In this document: positions 62,596-64,000 of the stretch, piece after piece
Position numbering within the stretch: the first letter of the stretch is position 1
Layout of the letters: each line of letters starts with the position of its first letter
Origin: Ascidiella aspersa
Lineage: Eukaryota
Assembly: GCA_963924565.1 (NCBI GenBank)
Contig: OZ004607.1
Location: 29,512,001-29,576,000, forward strand
Length of the DNA: 64,000 bases
Direction: 5' to 3'
Notes under the pieces: generated by a model
The model's database searches: none
What the model was told of the DNA's origin: nothing
The model's input: the letters and a program-made list of their open reading frames with translations, nothing else
Position numbers and translations under genes: made by a program

Positions 62596-63654
62596 TTACA
62601 CGGGATTGCTCTTGAAGAATCCCTCGGCGCTGTCTTCGTTGTCAGCAGTGTTGACACTGGCCGGCAGTTTCTTGCCCTTTGGGTCCTCGTTGTGGTAGAA
62701 GTCCTGGTCCATGCGAGCCCAATCCTGGACGTCGGTCTTGAGCGTTGCCAGGACGACAATGCCGCCGAACATGGACACACCCGCTCCCACGTAGAAGACG
62801 ATCTTCCAAGCCTCACGCAGATCAGGCACCTGGTGAAGAAAGAGAAGAAGACATATGATGCAACAACTATGCGTGTCGTGGGTTTGGGGTTAAAAAGCTG
62901 TGGCATTGATAACAGGGTTGCGTTAGGCTGAAAGTTTTTCGTATTTTCAAGTTTAACTTACAGGCTTGGAAATAATTTCTTTAGCTTGGATGAGGGTGTT
63001 AAACAAGAATGGGTTTAGGCCTAAATCTTGCTACGAATCTTCTGCTTGTAATGTATCTTAAAGTCATCGCGTGTTTCCAGAATGTGTCCGAAACAGTTTT
63101 GCTAAGTTCATGCTAATTTATGTGCTGAACACAAAACCCATTCATTTTAATGTAGAGCAGTTAGTTTCTACGAAAATCGTGAAATTTTAATAAACATGAC
63201 TTTTACAAAAAATCCAGTGGCCTGGATATCTCAAAACACACTTGTCACTATATCAGGATATACATTAGGATTATTTGGAACTTTACTATATGTCACGTTT
63301 AATATTTATCATGAAGCAACAATTGTGTCATTAAGTTATTGCTGTTTAATACAAGTCCAATTTATTGTATGCGCTTCGAAAGAACACGTTCGCTTTTTTA
63401 ATAAAACATGCCATATATTGTTATATATTAGCGAGCTGGAGCTGGAAAAAGGTTTAATGGTAAGCTACTGATATGCTCGATTGTTTCATTTGTAAAGGTA
63501 TAGTTGTTCTATTTATATGTGATCCAATTCAACTTACACTTCCAGTTACATATCCTGCCACCAGGGGTGCCACTTGTCCGGAGAAGGTGGCGAAGGTGTT
63601 TGTGAAGGAATAAAGGATTCCAGAATACCTCGGGGCGATTTCAACGTGGCACAC
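62596..63654 (-). CDS. SLC17-family (sialin/SLC17A5-like) MFS anion transporter, last two exons; 5' part lies outside the window
   Basis: Exon 63654-63538 (VCHVEIAPRYSGILYSFTNTFATFSGQVAPLVAGYVTGS) and exon 62829-62596 (VPDLREAWKIVFYVGAGVSMFGGIVVLATLKTDVQDWA...). Match SLC17 motifs xHxdIAPxYaGil..TNtfat, W..VF and vQxWA. Confidence 0.92.
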
Positions 63655-64000
63655 CTGTTGAACAAAAAAACTATTTAGGTCTTTTAATAAATTTGTTATA
63701 ACTATAGTGTTGTTTCTACTGGCTTGTTGATCGTTTCGACAGTTGTGTTTTAATTGTTGCTGACAAATAAATACCATCTGCCTAGGTTTTTAATACAGCG
63801 GTATAGGTAAAATAGCGTAAACCAATATTTTTGTCTAAGTGAGTGTTTCTTGTGGAAGTCTATGTTTAACTTTAACAGGCGGTTCAGTTGGATCGCATAA
63901 AATTGTTCACCTCACAATTATCCAACGGGCATTGTCAATTATTTGTTAAATCGGCTAAAATCGACCTTTCCTATCAAATAAATTTGTTTAAATGGACCTA

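Overview
Eukaryotic genomic DNA (GC-rich exons, AT-rich GT-AG introns), most likely an ascidian or other tunicate. The basis is a connexin gene whose coding region is split over 7 exons: connexins are restricted to tunicates and vertebrates, and vertebrate ones usually have one or two coding exons. I reconstructed five genes by hand with phase-consistent splice sites. (1) A 421-aa connexin (+, 806-10467). (2) A tiny 80-aa atypical bHLH protein lacking the E-box-reading Glu (+, 22652-23808), preceded by ~6-10 kb of CpG-rich putative enhancers. (3) A ~767-aa PH-domain/coiled-coil protein with a CNK/IPCEF1-like PH domain (-, 45650-25908). (4) A 367-aa type I membrane protein: signal peptide, EGF, SEA-like, cbEGF, Sushi, TM (+, 51555-60163). 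(5) The 3' end of an SLC17 (sialin-like) transporter (-, runs off the window). Non-coding DNA holds at least four hAT-type MITE families with 8-bp TSDs, a tRNA-derived SINE-like element next to a strong CTCF-like motif, and short tandem duplications. Most supplied ORFs are spurious. The best novelty candidates are the bHLH microprotein with its regulatory domain and the EGF-SEA-EGF-Sushi receptor. Nothing was checked against databases.
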